Below, one piece after another: positions 26,864 to 38,630 of a stretch of 64,000 nt of DNA; positions within the stretch are counted from its first letter, which is position 1, and every line of letters begins with the position of its first letter. The position numbers and the translations under genes were made by a program. The stretch is from NCBI RefSeq assembly GCF_009914755.1, contig NC_060926.1; one strand, written 5' to 3'. This stretch comes from the human T2T-CHM13v2.0 reference genome, Homo sapiens. The notes under the pieces are model-generated. The model did not search any database and was not told the origin of the DNA. It was given only the letters and a program-made list of their open reading frames with translations.

Positions 26864-29163
26864 TGTATTAGTCTGTTTTCATGCTGCTAACAAAGACATA
26901 CCAGAGACTGGGTAATTTATACAGGAAAAAGGCTTAATGGACTTACAGTTCCACATGGTTGAGGAGGCCTCACAATCATGGCAGAAGGCAAAGAAGAGCA
27001 AGTCTCATCTTTTATGGATGGCAGCAGACTAAAAAAGAGCTTGTGCAGGGAAACTCCCCCTTATCAAACCTTCAGATCTCATGAGATTTATTCACTATCA
27101 TGAGAACAGGATGGAAAAGACCTGCCCCTATAATTCAATTACCTCCCACTGGGTTCCTCCCACAACAGGTGGAAATTTAAGATGAGATTTGGGTGGGGAC
27201 AGAGCCAAACCACATCATTCCACCCTGACCCCTCCCAAATTTCATGTCATCAGATTTCAAAACAAATCATGCCATCCTGATAGTCCCACCAAGTCTTAAC
27301 TCATTCCAGCATTAACTTAGAAGTCCAACTCCAAAGTCTCATCTGAGACAAGGCAAGTCACTTCTTATGAGCCTATAAAATCAAAAGCAAGTTAGTTACT
27401 TCCTAGATACAATGGGGGTACAGACATTGGGTAAATACAGCCATTTCAAGTTAGAAAAATTGGCCAAAACAAAGGGGCTACAGACCCCATGCAAGTCCAA
27501 AATCTAACAGAGCAGTCAAATCTTAAAGCTCCAAAATGATCTCCTTTGACTCCAGTTCTCACATCCAGGTCACACTGATGCAGGAAGTGGGTTCTTGGGC
27601 AGCTCTGCCCCTATGGCTTTGCAGGGTACAGCCTCCCTCCTGTCTCCTTTCATGGGCTGATGGTGAGTGTCTGCGGCTTTTCTAGATGCACATTGCAAGC
27701 TGTCAGTGGATCTATTATTCTGGGGTCTGGATCTATTATTCTGGGGTCTGGACGACAGTGCCCTTCTTCTCACAGCTCTGCTTGGTGGTGCCCCAGTAGG
27801 GACTCTGTATGGGGGCTCTGGCCCCACATTTCCCTTTCACATTGTCCTGGCAGAGGTTTTCCATGAGAGCCCCACCCTTGAAGCGAACTTCTGCCTGGAC
27901 ATCGAGGCATTTCCATACATTCTCTGAAATCTAGGCTGAGGTTCCCAAACTCCAGTTCTTGACTCCTGCGCACTGGCAGGCTCAACACCATGTGGAAGCT
28001 GCCAAGGTTTGAGGCTTGCATCCCCTGAAGGCATGACCCAGGATCTACACTGGCCCCTTTCAGCCATGGCTGGAGCAGCTGGGACATAGGGCATCAAGTC
28101 CCTAGGCTGCACACAGCACAGGGAGTCTTGGCCCAGCCCTCAAAACCAATTTTTCCTCCTAGGCATCCAGGCCTGTGATGAGAGGGGCTGCCATGAAGAC
28201 CTCTGACATGCCCTGGAGACATTTTCACCATTGTCTTGGGAATTAATATTCAGCTCCTTGTTACTTATGCAAATTGCTACAGCCAGCTTGAATTTCTCCC
28301 CAGAAAATGGGATTTTCTTTTCTATTGCTTTGTCAGCCTGCAAATTTTCCAAACTTTTATGCTCTGCTTCCCTTGTAAAACTGATTGCCTTTAACAGCAC
28401 CCAAGTTACATCTTGAATGCTTTGCTGCTTCGAAATTTCTTCCACCAGATACCCTAAATCACATCTCTCAAGTTCAAATTTTGCAGATCGATAGGGAAGG
28501 AGCAAAATGCTGCCAGTTTCTTTGCTAAATCATAACTAGAGTCACCTTTGATTCAATTCCCAACAAGTTTCTTCTTTCTATCTGAGACCACCATGGCCAG
28601 GACTTTATTATCCATATTGCTACCAGCATTTTGGGCAAAGCCATTCAACAAGTCTCTAGGGAGTTTCAAACTTGCCCACATTTTCCTGTCTTCTTCTGAG
28701 CCCTCCAAACTGTTCCAACTTCTGCCTGTTATCCAGTTCCAAAGTTGCTTCCACATTTTCGCGTATCTTTTCAGCAGCACCCCGGTACCAATTTACTGTA
28801 TTAGTCTGGTTTCACAATGCTAATAAAGACATACCAGAGACTGGGTAATGTATACAGGAAAAAGGTTTAATGGACTTACAGTTCCACATGGCTGGGGAGG
28901 CCTCACAATCATAGTGGAAGGCAAGAGGAGCAAGTCACATCTTACATGGATGGCAGCAGGCAAAAAAAAAAAAAAAAAAAAAGACCTCATGCAGGGAAAC
29001 TCCCCCTTATAAAATGGTCAGATCTCATAAGATGTATTCACTGTCATGAGAACAGCATGGGAAAGACCTGCCCCCATGATTTGATTACCTCCCACCAAGT
29101 TCTTCCCACAACAGGTGGGAATTTAAGATGAGGTTTTGGTGGGGACACAGCCAAACCATATCA
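26864..29163 (-). mobile_element. Complete THE1A MaLR element: 3'LTR 26864-27217, THE1-int 27218-28796, 5'LTR 28797-29163
   Basis: Two direct LTRs (TGTATTAGTC...CCAAACCA(C/T)ATCA) around a THE1 internal region; minus-strand ORF remnants such as WKQLWNWITGRSWNSLEGSEEDRKMW and DLGYLVEEISKQQSIQDVTWVLL; TSD AAATT / AAACT. Confidence 0.96.
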
Positions 29164-30423
29164 AAACTTAAATATACAAATCCCACTTATTCATTTAGTT
29201 ATAGGCTAGAACCCTATAGAGGCTAAAAAGAATGTAGAACCATTGGTTGAGATATTGCTCAAAGTTGTTCCTGTGCAATTTTCTGTTCTATCATTTATAA
29301 ATGTTGATCAAATACTTTTTTAAAAAGTAGGTAATTTTAATAACAAAAGTAGTATGTGCCTTGAAAAAGATGCAATAATAAGTTTGCAAATTTAAAGTCA
29401 AAGTTGTTCCATCATCTGTACTTCTAATATATAGAGTAAGTAGTGATAATTTATCTCAGATATGCTTCTGTATATTTATCTTCCTAGTTTTTTTATTCAT
29501 TTTTAGTAGATAACACATCATGATAGTTAAATATTCAGACAAATATATGAGAAAATCTTTTCCATGTCTGTCCCTATGAAACCAGGTCTTCCCCACCCAA
29601 AATGGATAATCATATTTTTTAATTTCTGTATTCATCTAAAGATTTTAATGTATCTACAAATACTAATATATATTTCTTTTTTATACTTTTTACTTATTTT
29701 TAAGATGCTATGCACCTCATTCTCTACTTTGCTTTTTTATAACTTAAAAACATATTTTGAAAATTTTTCGTATCATTACATAAAGCTCCTAATTCAAGCA
29801 ACATGATTGTATAATGACTACATTAAGAAGAAATTCTGGGCACAGGGCAAATTACAAATGTACATAAACATACTCCCTTTCACTAATAACTATTTCATCT
29901 AGCAAATGGGTAGAGGAAGTAGGAAAGAAATATCATGTAAAACAGTTCCAATAAAGCCCACAAGAGTAATGTAGGCACTAAACAGTGTAGAAAATATTGG
30001 TAGAAGGTCACTTTCAAATAGGAAGTTTTTATGTGTGTTCGCAATAGAAACAAGTAATTTATCCTGGCTAAGAAAACAGGAAAAAACATTCTAGGGAGAT
30101 GGCAAGGGCCGGACCAACCTCATGGTCAGAAAGTGTAGCATTATGGGGGAAAAAAGCAAATACAAAAATGGCCACATAAGGTAATAAAGATTGGCATATG
30201 AAGGTGTTTGAAGGTATTGGCTCCTTCATGATTGCCCTATGAAGGGAACTGAAGTGAAAACAGACCCAGTGTCAAATTCTGGCTCCCACCTGTGGCCTTA
30301 TTACTGGGTCACCTAGGAGAGGAAGGAGTTTATGTTTGAAATAACCAGCGAAAGCCTTTCTGGAAAGATGCCTAAGTAGGGAATTAAATGGAGTGTGATG
30401 ATGTAAGTTATGCAAGTCCCATG

Positions 30424-30800
30424 TGCTATGGACTGAATGTTTGCATCTCCACAAAATTCATATGTTGAAGCCCTAACTCCCAATGCGATGGTGTTTGGAG
30501 GTGGAGCCTTTGGGAGGTGATTACGTTTAGATGAAGTCTTGAGGGGAGGACCATCATGATAGGATTAGCGCCACTCTAAGATGAGACAGGAAGACCAGAG
30601 CTCTCATTCTGCCTGTACCATGTGAAGGCACAGTGAGAAGAGTAGCATCTGCAAGCCAGAGAGTGAGCCCTTACCAGGGATCAAATCAGCCAGCATCCTC
30701 CCATTGGATGGCCCAGCCTCCAGAACTGTGAGAAATAAATGTCTGTTATTTAAGCCACTCCGTCTGTGGCATTTTGTTATAGCAGCCTACACTGCAAATG
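30424..30800 (+). mobile_element. MLT1A-like MaLR LTR within an L2 relic
   Basis: TGCTATGGACTGAATGTTTG...AAATTCATATGTTGAAGCCCTAAC...CCAGCCTCCAGAACTGTGAGAAATAAATG...TTTTGTTATAGCAGCC. Confidence 0.92.
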
Positions 30801-30913
30801 TGATGACATGGAATAAAAAGGTAGGTATGGCTGGGGTATAGGGAGCAGGAAGTAGAGTGAAATGAGGTGAGACTAGGGAGGAGAAGAGCCACAACTCATG
30901 TGGATTGTGTTCA

Positions 30914-31263
<350 letters not shown>

Positions 31264-31499
31264 TTAGTGTCAAAATGATGACTATTATTCTTATTTATCC
31301 TAGATAGTAAGGTTGGCATAGGCATCTTTTCAATAAATTATTTCCACAGGACCTTGATAAATTAGGATAGATTATAAGCTATGTCATGGTACATGGGACC
31401 AAAATTAATACCGGATTAATATACAACCCTACTAATAGAGAATCAGAAGTATCTTTATGTACATAGAAAAGAAGAGGATGGGTTCCGAGTGTGAAATGT

Positions 31500-31860
31500 T
31501 AGGAGCTGCGGTCGGCAACAAGACAGGGGCTAAATCAGGCAGAGTCATGTAGGCCTTGGTAAAGGGTTTAAGCTTTTACTTTGAATGAGATGAAAATCCA
31601 TTTGAGGCTTTGAGTAGAGGAGTGAAATGATGTGGCTTTAAAAGTTTACGCTGACTTCTGTGTGGTTGGAGGAGAGAAAGAATGGAGATCAGTTAAGAAG
31701 ACGCTAAAATCACCAAGAACAAAGACAATAATAACATGGACCAGGGTGGTAGTTACGAAGTGCTGTTAATTGGTTAGATTTTGGATATATGCCAGTGGAA
31801 ATCAAAATAAGTTTGCTACTTGATTGACTGTGCTCTGTGAGACGAAAAGAAGACACAAGA
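31500..31860 (-). mobile_element. L2 fragment
   Basis: GTAGGCCTTGGTAAAGGGTTTAAGCTTTTACTTTGAATGAGATGAAAATCCATTTGAGGCTTTGAGTAG...GGACCAGGGTGGTAG...TTAGATTTTGGATATAT. Confidence 0.75.
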
Positions 31861-31879
31861 CTATAATGCAATAAAATTG

Positions 31880-32650
31880 TACTTTATGTCTGTGTCTGCC
31901 TCCCTAAAACCCATCACCCCAGTCTAATAAAGGGAAAAGCAAATTCTAACAGAGGGACATCCTACAAAATACCTGACCATTACCCCTCAAAATTCGCAGG
32001 AACATCAAAAACAAGGCAAGTCTGAGAAACAGGCACAGCCAAGAAGAGTCCAAGCAGATACGATTGTTAAATTGCCTTCGTCAGTTCAAGATTCAATGAT
32101 AAAAATACAGTAGACTGGCTGGCTTAAACAAAAAACATCTTTCCTCATGATTCTGGAGGCCAGTTAGTCCAAGATCAAGGCATCAGCAGATTTGGTGTCT
32201 GCTGAGGGTCCTCCTCTTGGTTCCTAGACAGCATCTTCTGATCTCTTAGATCAGAAGACATCTCTTGATCTCCTTATCAGGTCACCAACCCCATTGTGGG
32301 GCTCCCCTGTCATGACCTCATCCAAGTCCAATTACCTTCAAAAGATCTCACCTTCAAACCCCATCACATTGTGACCTCAAAATTTTAATTTGGGGGAAAC
32401 ACAAACATTCAGTCCATAGCATAAATGTAATGTCATATCTTGGATGGGATACTATATTTTTTTAAAAAGTCCATTAGTAAATACTAAGGCAAATTGAATG
32501 AAGTATGGACCTAATTAATTAAATGTGTCAAAATGTATTAATAGTTACAAATTTTCTATACTAATGTAAAACGTTAACAATAGTGGAAACTGGCTAATAG
32601 CTAGATCTTCACTTTTTTTGTAAATCTGTAAAGGAAAGCCTATATATAAG
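31880..32650 (+). mobile_element. L1MB8-like 3' region split by MLT1A
   Basis: GAGGGACATCCTACAAAATACCTGACCA...AAAAACAAGGCAAGTCTGAGAAAC...TAAAT | TAAATGTAATG...TGGATGGGAT. Confidence 0.75.
32073..32421 (-). mobile_element. MLT1A-like LTR with 5-bp TSD TAAAT
   Basis: TAGACTGGCTGGCTTAAACAA...TTCTGGAGGC...GTCCAAGATCAAGG...GGGGGAAACACAAACATTCAGTCCATAGCA; TAAAT on both sides. Confidence 0.9.
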
Positions 32651-34595
32651 AAAAAAAGTAGAGTCCAGAATGACTGAAATTTTATGTCCTGAGCAACAAG
32701 ACAAGTGCAGTTGTCATTTAGTAAAATGGAAAGAGTTGGGGGAGGAGACCTGGTGTTCTACAAAGTGGTATGACTTGCTTCTCCCTTCTTCCCAGACATT
32801 TACCCACTCCATCCTCAAGACACAGAGACAGAGGACTTATTGCCACATGAGTACCCAAGGCTACAACAGTCAGGTTTAAGAAAGTTTCAGTTTCTCAGGA
32901 TGACTTCTTGGAAGAAGTGGTGACTGAGGAATGCATTGAAGATGGGAAGTATTTGTTTACATAGAGAGGATAAAACACTTCATTGCAAGGAACTTCATTC
33001 CTACCTTTGTAATCCCACATTTTTATTCTGCATATTTCCTTGCCTCTTTAGTTGATATGTATTCCCATTTAGTAGAGTTGTTTTGATTAACTTTTGCCCT
33101 TTATTCACGTTCATTTACTCTCTTTTTCTCAAAGCATGTTTATTATTAAGTAGTAGATAGCCCTTTGGGGACACATTAATTTTCTTAGGAATCCTTTCCC
33201 ATGCTACATTGGTGTCCTTTATCTTCTTGTTCCATTTGGTTGCAGTCAGCACTTTTTCCTGTCTCGTGAAATGTCTCTGATGAATTGCATTGCTCTCACT
33301 GCTATTATTACAAATAGGTGATGCAACTCCCCACCATCTGTAATAACTGTGCTTACAGAGACACATTAGCTGCATTTAAAATTATAACTCCTTCATAATA
33401 TTCTAAATAATTCTTCTGAAGCACAGGAATAGAAATAAACTGTGAGGTTGCTGATTCCCAGCTATGTTTACTTCAGGCAGCACTGAACTAAATCTACTAC
33501 AAATATGGAGGCTTGCACATATGTAACAAATATACTTATCAATTTTTACCACTTTTAGGGATTAGTCATAGTGTCTCTCATGGCATCCCTTTTCCTTTTG
33601 GAATAACTGGAAAAGTCTATTTTTTAAATTTCCATGTTTTACTACCCTATTGCCAATGGGAATCAGAAATGAATCAATTATCTTTGCCAATTTCATATAT
33701 CATTAACAAATTTCTCCTTTCTCTTTTTCCAATTTAAAACCCAGTAGGTAGAACTATTTAGCAAATGGCAAACTATAGTTTGCTAACATAGGTGATCAAG
33801 TGTGAGAAAAAATGATTCAGGGAGTAAAAATGATCGTGGTAAAGTCTAGTTGCTGTTTACCCTTAACTAGATTTTGTCTACATTTCTAAAATGATTTGAC
33901 TGCTCATCTAAGTATCAAGTAAGGATTGTAAGGGCCAGAGGATACACTCAAGTTACAGATCAGCTCAGGGTATTACATTTTGGTTATGCCTAAAAATCGA
34001 GAACTGGCAAAATTTAATAAGCAAGAGTTTTTACAGCTGCCTCCTGACATATCCAGGCTGAAATAGAGAAAACATTGCTTCCAGCTAAAGGGTTTTCCCA
34101 CAGCCTCATCCAATGTGTTGTGGCTGACACCTGCTAATGGAGGGGATAAAATGGAATTGCTGCCACAACCTATGGGTGTAATGGCCCCGGCCATTCTTAT
34201 CTGCTCAGAGGCCATGTTTCTGTCTGTGGGTCATAAGCATTGCCGAAGTGGCAAGACTGCAGAGCTTGGCCCTGCTGTACCATTGGCATAGACGGGAACT
34301 GGAACAACATGTGTTGTAGAGAGCTGAGCGGGTGTGTTTGTGATCTTTACCAGTAGAGCTCAGGTGGCTGCAGATGTTATTTCACCACCCACTTCAGTCA
34401 AGGTACTTAACTGCAATCTCAAAGCTGCATCATCCCAGCATAATCATGTAACCCATATAAAAGAAGCCATATTACATGATGAGTTTGTATACTTAAAGTG
34501 ACCTATCGTGGCTAGAAGATTAATGATAGCCACAGGCTCACTTCTCACTCAAACATCTCATGGGGCCTGCACTGTGTGTCACTTAGCAATGTGAT

Positions 34596-35115
34596 GTAAT
34601 GTGGTCTGGGGAATTCCCACCCTTGCCCAGGGATTACCTGATCTTTATAATAATGAGACCTAAAAACGCTGGTTCCCCCAGGGACAAGGCCACTTTAGCA
34701 CAGATGCAAAATGAACATTAAACAAAGCTTATCCTTACAAGAATTGCTTAAACTTCCTTCATGAAAGAAATACCTGGTAACTGACCTGAACTGTACACAG
34801 ATAAAGAAAAGGGGTAAGAATCCCCTGAACTCTGAGAACAGTCTCTGGATGGAGAATCTCGCAAGTAGGGGGGTCATCTGACCCCTCCCTGTATCTGGCC
34901 TATGCCACTAGCCATAGGCATAATGCATATGCTCCTGCTATCCATCTTGTACGAACATTAGCCATAGGCATCTAGCATATGCTCCTGCTATCTATCCTGT
35001 AAGAACACTGCCAGAATAAACTGTACAAGCATCACATGGTGTCTAAGACTCATCATAGGTGGGAATTGGAGGAAGGGGGAAAGGTGCCCCTAGGGAAGCT
35101 GGTTAAGTAGGACCA
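34596..35115 (+). mobile_element. Probable ERV solo LTR, family unassigned
   Basis: Starts TGTAATG, ~0.5 kb long, GC-richer than the flanks, AATAAA near 35015 followed by U5-like GTGTCTAAGACTCATC. Confidence 0.4.
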
Positions 35116-35229
35116 CTCTGGGGAAAGATAGGCTCGAGAGCATCTTTCAGTGGTTTTTCTCCCATTGTACTATCAACCGATCAATAGAAATGAATCCAAC
35201 AATAAAATCACTAAATAAGTATATCTTTT

Positions 35230-35397
35230 GGTTATACAACTGGCTTGTTTGTAACACAAAGGATAATTGCTTGAGGGATGGATAACTGAGTCTTCATGGC
35301 GTATTACACATTGCATGCCTGTATCACAACATCTCATCTACCTCATAAATATATACACTTACTATGTACCCAGAAAAATTAAAAATTAAAAAAAAAT
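35230..35397 (+). mobile_element. L1MA1/2-like 3' tail
   Basis: TTGTTTGTAACACAAAGGATAA...CATTGCATGCCTGTATCA...TACTATGTACCCAGAAAAATTAAAAATTAAAAA. Confidence 0.88.
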
Positions 35398-36284
35398 ATT
35401 CTAAAAAGGAAATGCAATAGGTGATTCTAGGGACAGCACGGAAGTCCAGTATTAGCTGTTAAGTGAAACACATTCGAAGGACTCCCAGGGTATGTTTTAT
35501 AAAAAATGTGAAGAAAGATATTCTAAGTAAAAGAGGTGGAGGAATATGTATGTGATACAGATTCAAATGCTACCTATCTTACGGAAGTTATAGAGCAATT
35601 TTAACCAGAGCTTTCTCTAAGTAATTCAGCACATCTTTGGAATCGTTTTCTGTGGCCAATATCCAAGTACCTACAAGATAGGACTGCATAATAAATAATA
35701 CCAAAGGTAGCTAACATGCCTGTATGAAAAAGTGAGAGCCTTTGCTACTTCATAATCCAAAAGGGAGGGAGGAAATATTCCTCTCTTGAAAAAAGGCAAC
35801 AGAGCTCATCCGAGTACAAAATAGGAGCTGTTAAGAGATAAGAATCCATGCAAGGAGCCAAAACAGCCACAGAAAGTTAGTGCTGAACAATATACCTAAA
35901 TATCTGTTGAAGCAAGAAACTTCAGGACAGAAACCCAAAGTCATTTCTGGAAATAGCAGAGAAGAGAATTTGTTGGTTCTCAGAAATACTTGTGACCCAA
36001 CTGAGGCATTCACAGTATTGGAATATGAGGCTGGCTTTGCACTCTACCATTTCATAACTGAGAGCCAAACTGGAGCAATTATAGTTGGTTTCCACTCTTT
36101 CAGTTTGATTTTACACCACAGGTTGATGTGAGTAGAAGAAGTATGGTCTATCTAAACAATTGAGGAGTTACTAAGTGGTCATCCTTGGGCTCGTCGCTGA
36201 TGAAGAATAAAAATGAAGCCCAAAGCTTTGTCACTTCATTATTCTTTATGTTCTTATTTTTAGGTTGTTGAATCATGAAGTGTT

Positions 36285-36410
36285 TGTGAGTAACTGAACC
36301 TAGTTTTAAATTCTGCCTTACTCGCTTTTTAGCTCAGTGGCCTAGTCAAACCCACCAAACCTTACAAATTTCACTTCTCTAATCTGTGAAGTGGGGATAA
36401 TATTTTATGA
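36285..36410 (+). mobile_element. MIR fragment
   Basis: TTCACTTCTCTAATCTGTGAAGTGGGGATAATA. Confidence 0.55.
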
Positions 36411-36419
36411 CATATGTAT

Positions 36420-36769
36420 TGATATGGACTAAGTTTATCCCCTTAAAATTAATATGTTAAAATCCTAACCTAGTGGGAAATGGCAGTAGGAGGTAGAGCC
36501 TTTGGGAGGAGATTAGGTAATGTGGTCAGGGCCCTCATGATTGGCATTAGTGCCCTTACAAAAGAGACCCCAAGAAGTTCCCTTGCATCTTCCACTGTGT
36601 AAGGTTACACTAAAAAGATTTGTCTACATACCGGGAAATGAGGCCTTCACAAGACATAGAATCTGCTGGTGCCTTGATCTTGGACTTCCCAGGATCCTGA
36701 CGATTCTGTTCTTTATAAGCTACCCAGTCTACAATGTTTTGTTATAGCAGCTTGAATGGATCAATAACA
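36420..36769 (+). mobile_element. MLT1A LTR
   Basis: TGATATGGACTAAG...GGGCCCTCATGATTGGCATTAGTGCCCTTACAAAAGAGACCCC...TCTGCTGGTGCCTTGATCTTGGACTTCCCAG...TTTGTTATAGCAGC. Confidence 0.9.
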
Positions 36770-38279
36770 TTCAAATATGAAGGTCAATGATTTATTTAGT
36801 CCTTTATAGAATCTGATGATCAAGGTTAGTGTTTTCCTTAGTGAGGAGGATGAAGCAGCAATGACCCCACAGGCACAATTTTAGATTGACAGCCTCCTAT
36901 GTCTTCACAGCTCCCTGTGATTTCTCCTATCATGCTACATCTTCAGTATAGCATCTGCCTTCATGGATGCCTCCCCACTAGACTGTGAACTCCTAGAGAA
37001 AATAAATGGTGTCCTAGTCACCTTCGTATGTCTATTATCTGGCAGAGATCTTGGAAAATATAAGGACTAGGAAAATATGACACAAATAAGTAAATGAGGT
37101 CATATACCATGACACTTTCAGTTAGGATAATGTCAAATAGTAGCATATAAAAATTAACATATTGTTTATATCCTAAATCTGAAATAACACAGATAGCCTC
37201 AAATAAAATTTCATCAAGAATAGCATTCATTCAAGGTAAGATTTGAAAGTATATTCAGTACAGCCAGTTTAGCTGCTGTTTGAAAATATGCACCCTGTGG
37301 GACTCTCAACTGAAGCTTACGTTGTTCACAAAGGCCAGTCTTCCCTAGAAGAACTTGAATTACAATTCGCATCCCCTCCTGTCTCCTACCCCCAGTATCA
37401 CCCAAATCTCTGGCCAGCTTATCAGCCACCAGTTTCCGTCTGGCTTTCAGCCACTATGCCAGTTATGACAAATGAGCTTGTTCTTAAAGAGATCTTTTGC
37501 CAAAATTTGAACTCACTTCTTTACACTTCCATTCTCTCAGGTATTCTGACCCTTTTGTGGCTTTCTCAGTTGCTTCAAACTCTAATTCTTGTCCCCAAAG
37601 CACTCTAATTTCTACCAGCTTTGCTCAGCTTCTCAGTTTCTTTGAAGCTGCTTTCTTTCAGTTTTTCATCCTCTGGAACCCACTTATAACTTATGCATCT
37701 GCAAATGCCCTGAGGGGGGAAAATAGTGGAGCAGATTGGAAAACATATTATTGGGTATTTTTCTTTTTGCCAGCATCTTTGTTTTGAAATCCCTGGTAAC
37801 TTTGATAGCTTTTCAATACCTAAAATCAGAGATTTTTAAAAACATACATGTTCTTCATTTTTCTGATTGTCAAAGACTAAATCTAGGCGTATTTTTCAGC
37901 AACGTATTTTCTGCTGTTATCTAATAAGCGTCTAATCTATGGGTTCAAGTCCCTGTTTGGGGCTAATAAATCACCTGCAAATTTCAGTCCCACTTCTCAC
38001 ATGGGCTTTATCCTTTGCTTCCTCCTCACCTGCTCACTCAGTTCTCAGACTCTCAACTAAATGATGCGAAGTGGAAGGTTGAATAGGAAAGGCCTACGCT
38101 AGTTCTCCTCAGTTGTCTTATTGTTTAATCCAAATATTTAACACATTTTCAAGCCTCTAAGATCAGTTTTTCACAATTTATTCACCGGACCATGAAGTAA
38201 ATTCAATGTATATGAGGATTTGTTTTTTGATAACACTCTATTTCCATTGCCAATTGCTGTAGTATTCATGGAACATTAC

Positions 38280-38630
38280 AGAAGCAGCTACAACAGATAG
38301 ATCCTGAATTTTCAATTGATTAATATTATAAAGGCTAAATTCTTGCTCACATCACATTCAAATGGGACTGGGAAGCTCCTCAGGGCTGCTCTCCATGCAG
38401 TGACTCAGGGATCAAGGCCACTTCCAACCTTGGTCACACCATCTAGAACCGAGGGTCTACCATATCCTGGCGGAAAAAGTGAAATCTCGAGGATCTTATG
38501 AGTTATTTAAAAAACTATCCCTGAAAGTGACTTATGCTACTTCCCTCTATAAACTTTTGGCCAGAATTAGTCACAGGACTTTAACTAGATGCACGAGGCC
38601 TGGGAAATGAGGACAAACATTCTCCACTAC
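38280..38630 (-). mobile_element. Old MLT1 (K/L-like) LTR fragment
   Basis: TTCTTGCTCACATCACA...GCTCTCCATGCAGTGACTCAGGGATCAAGGC...TTGGCCAGAATTAGTCACA...GGCCTGGGAAATG. Confidence 0.7.

Noticed and set aside
27570-28823. Dense overlapping ORFs suggesting a coding gene
   Set aside because: They are fragments of the decayed THE1 internal ORF, broken by stops and frameshifts.
34906-35010. Repeat units as a possible CRISPR-like array
   Set aside because: Only two adjacent copies, no unique spacers, no cas genes, and the DNA is clearly primate.
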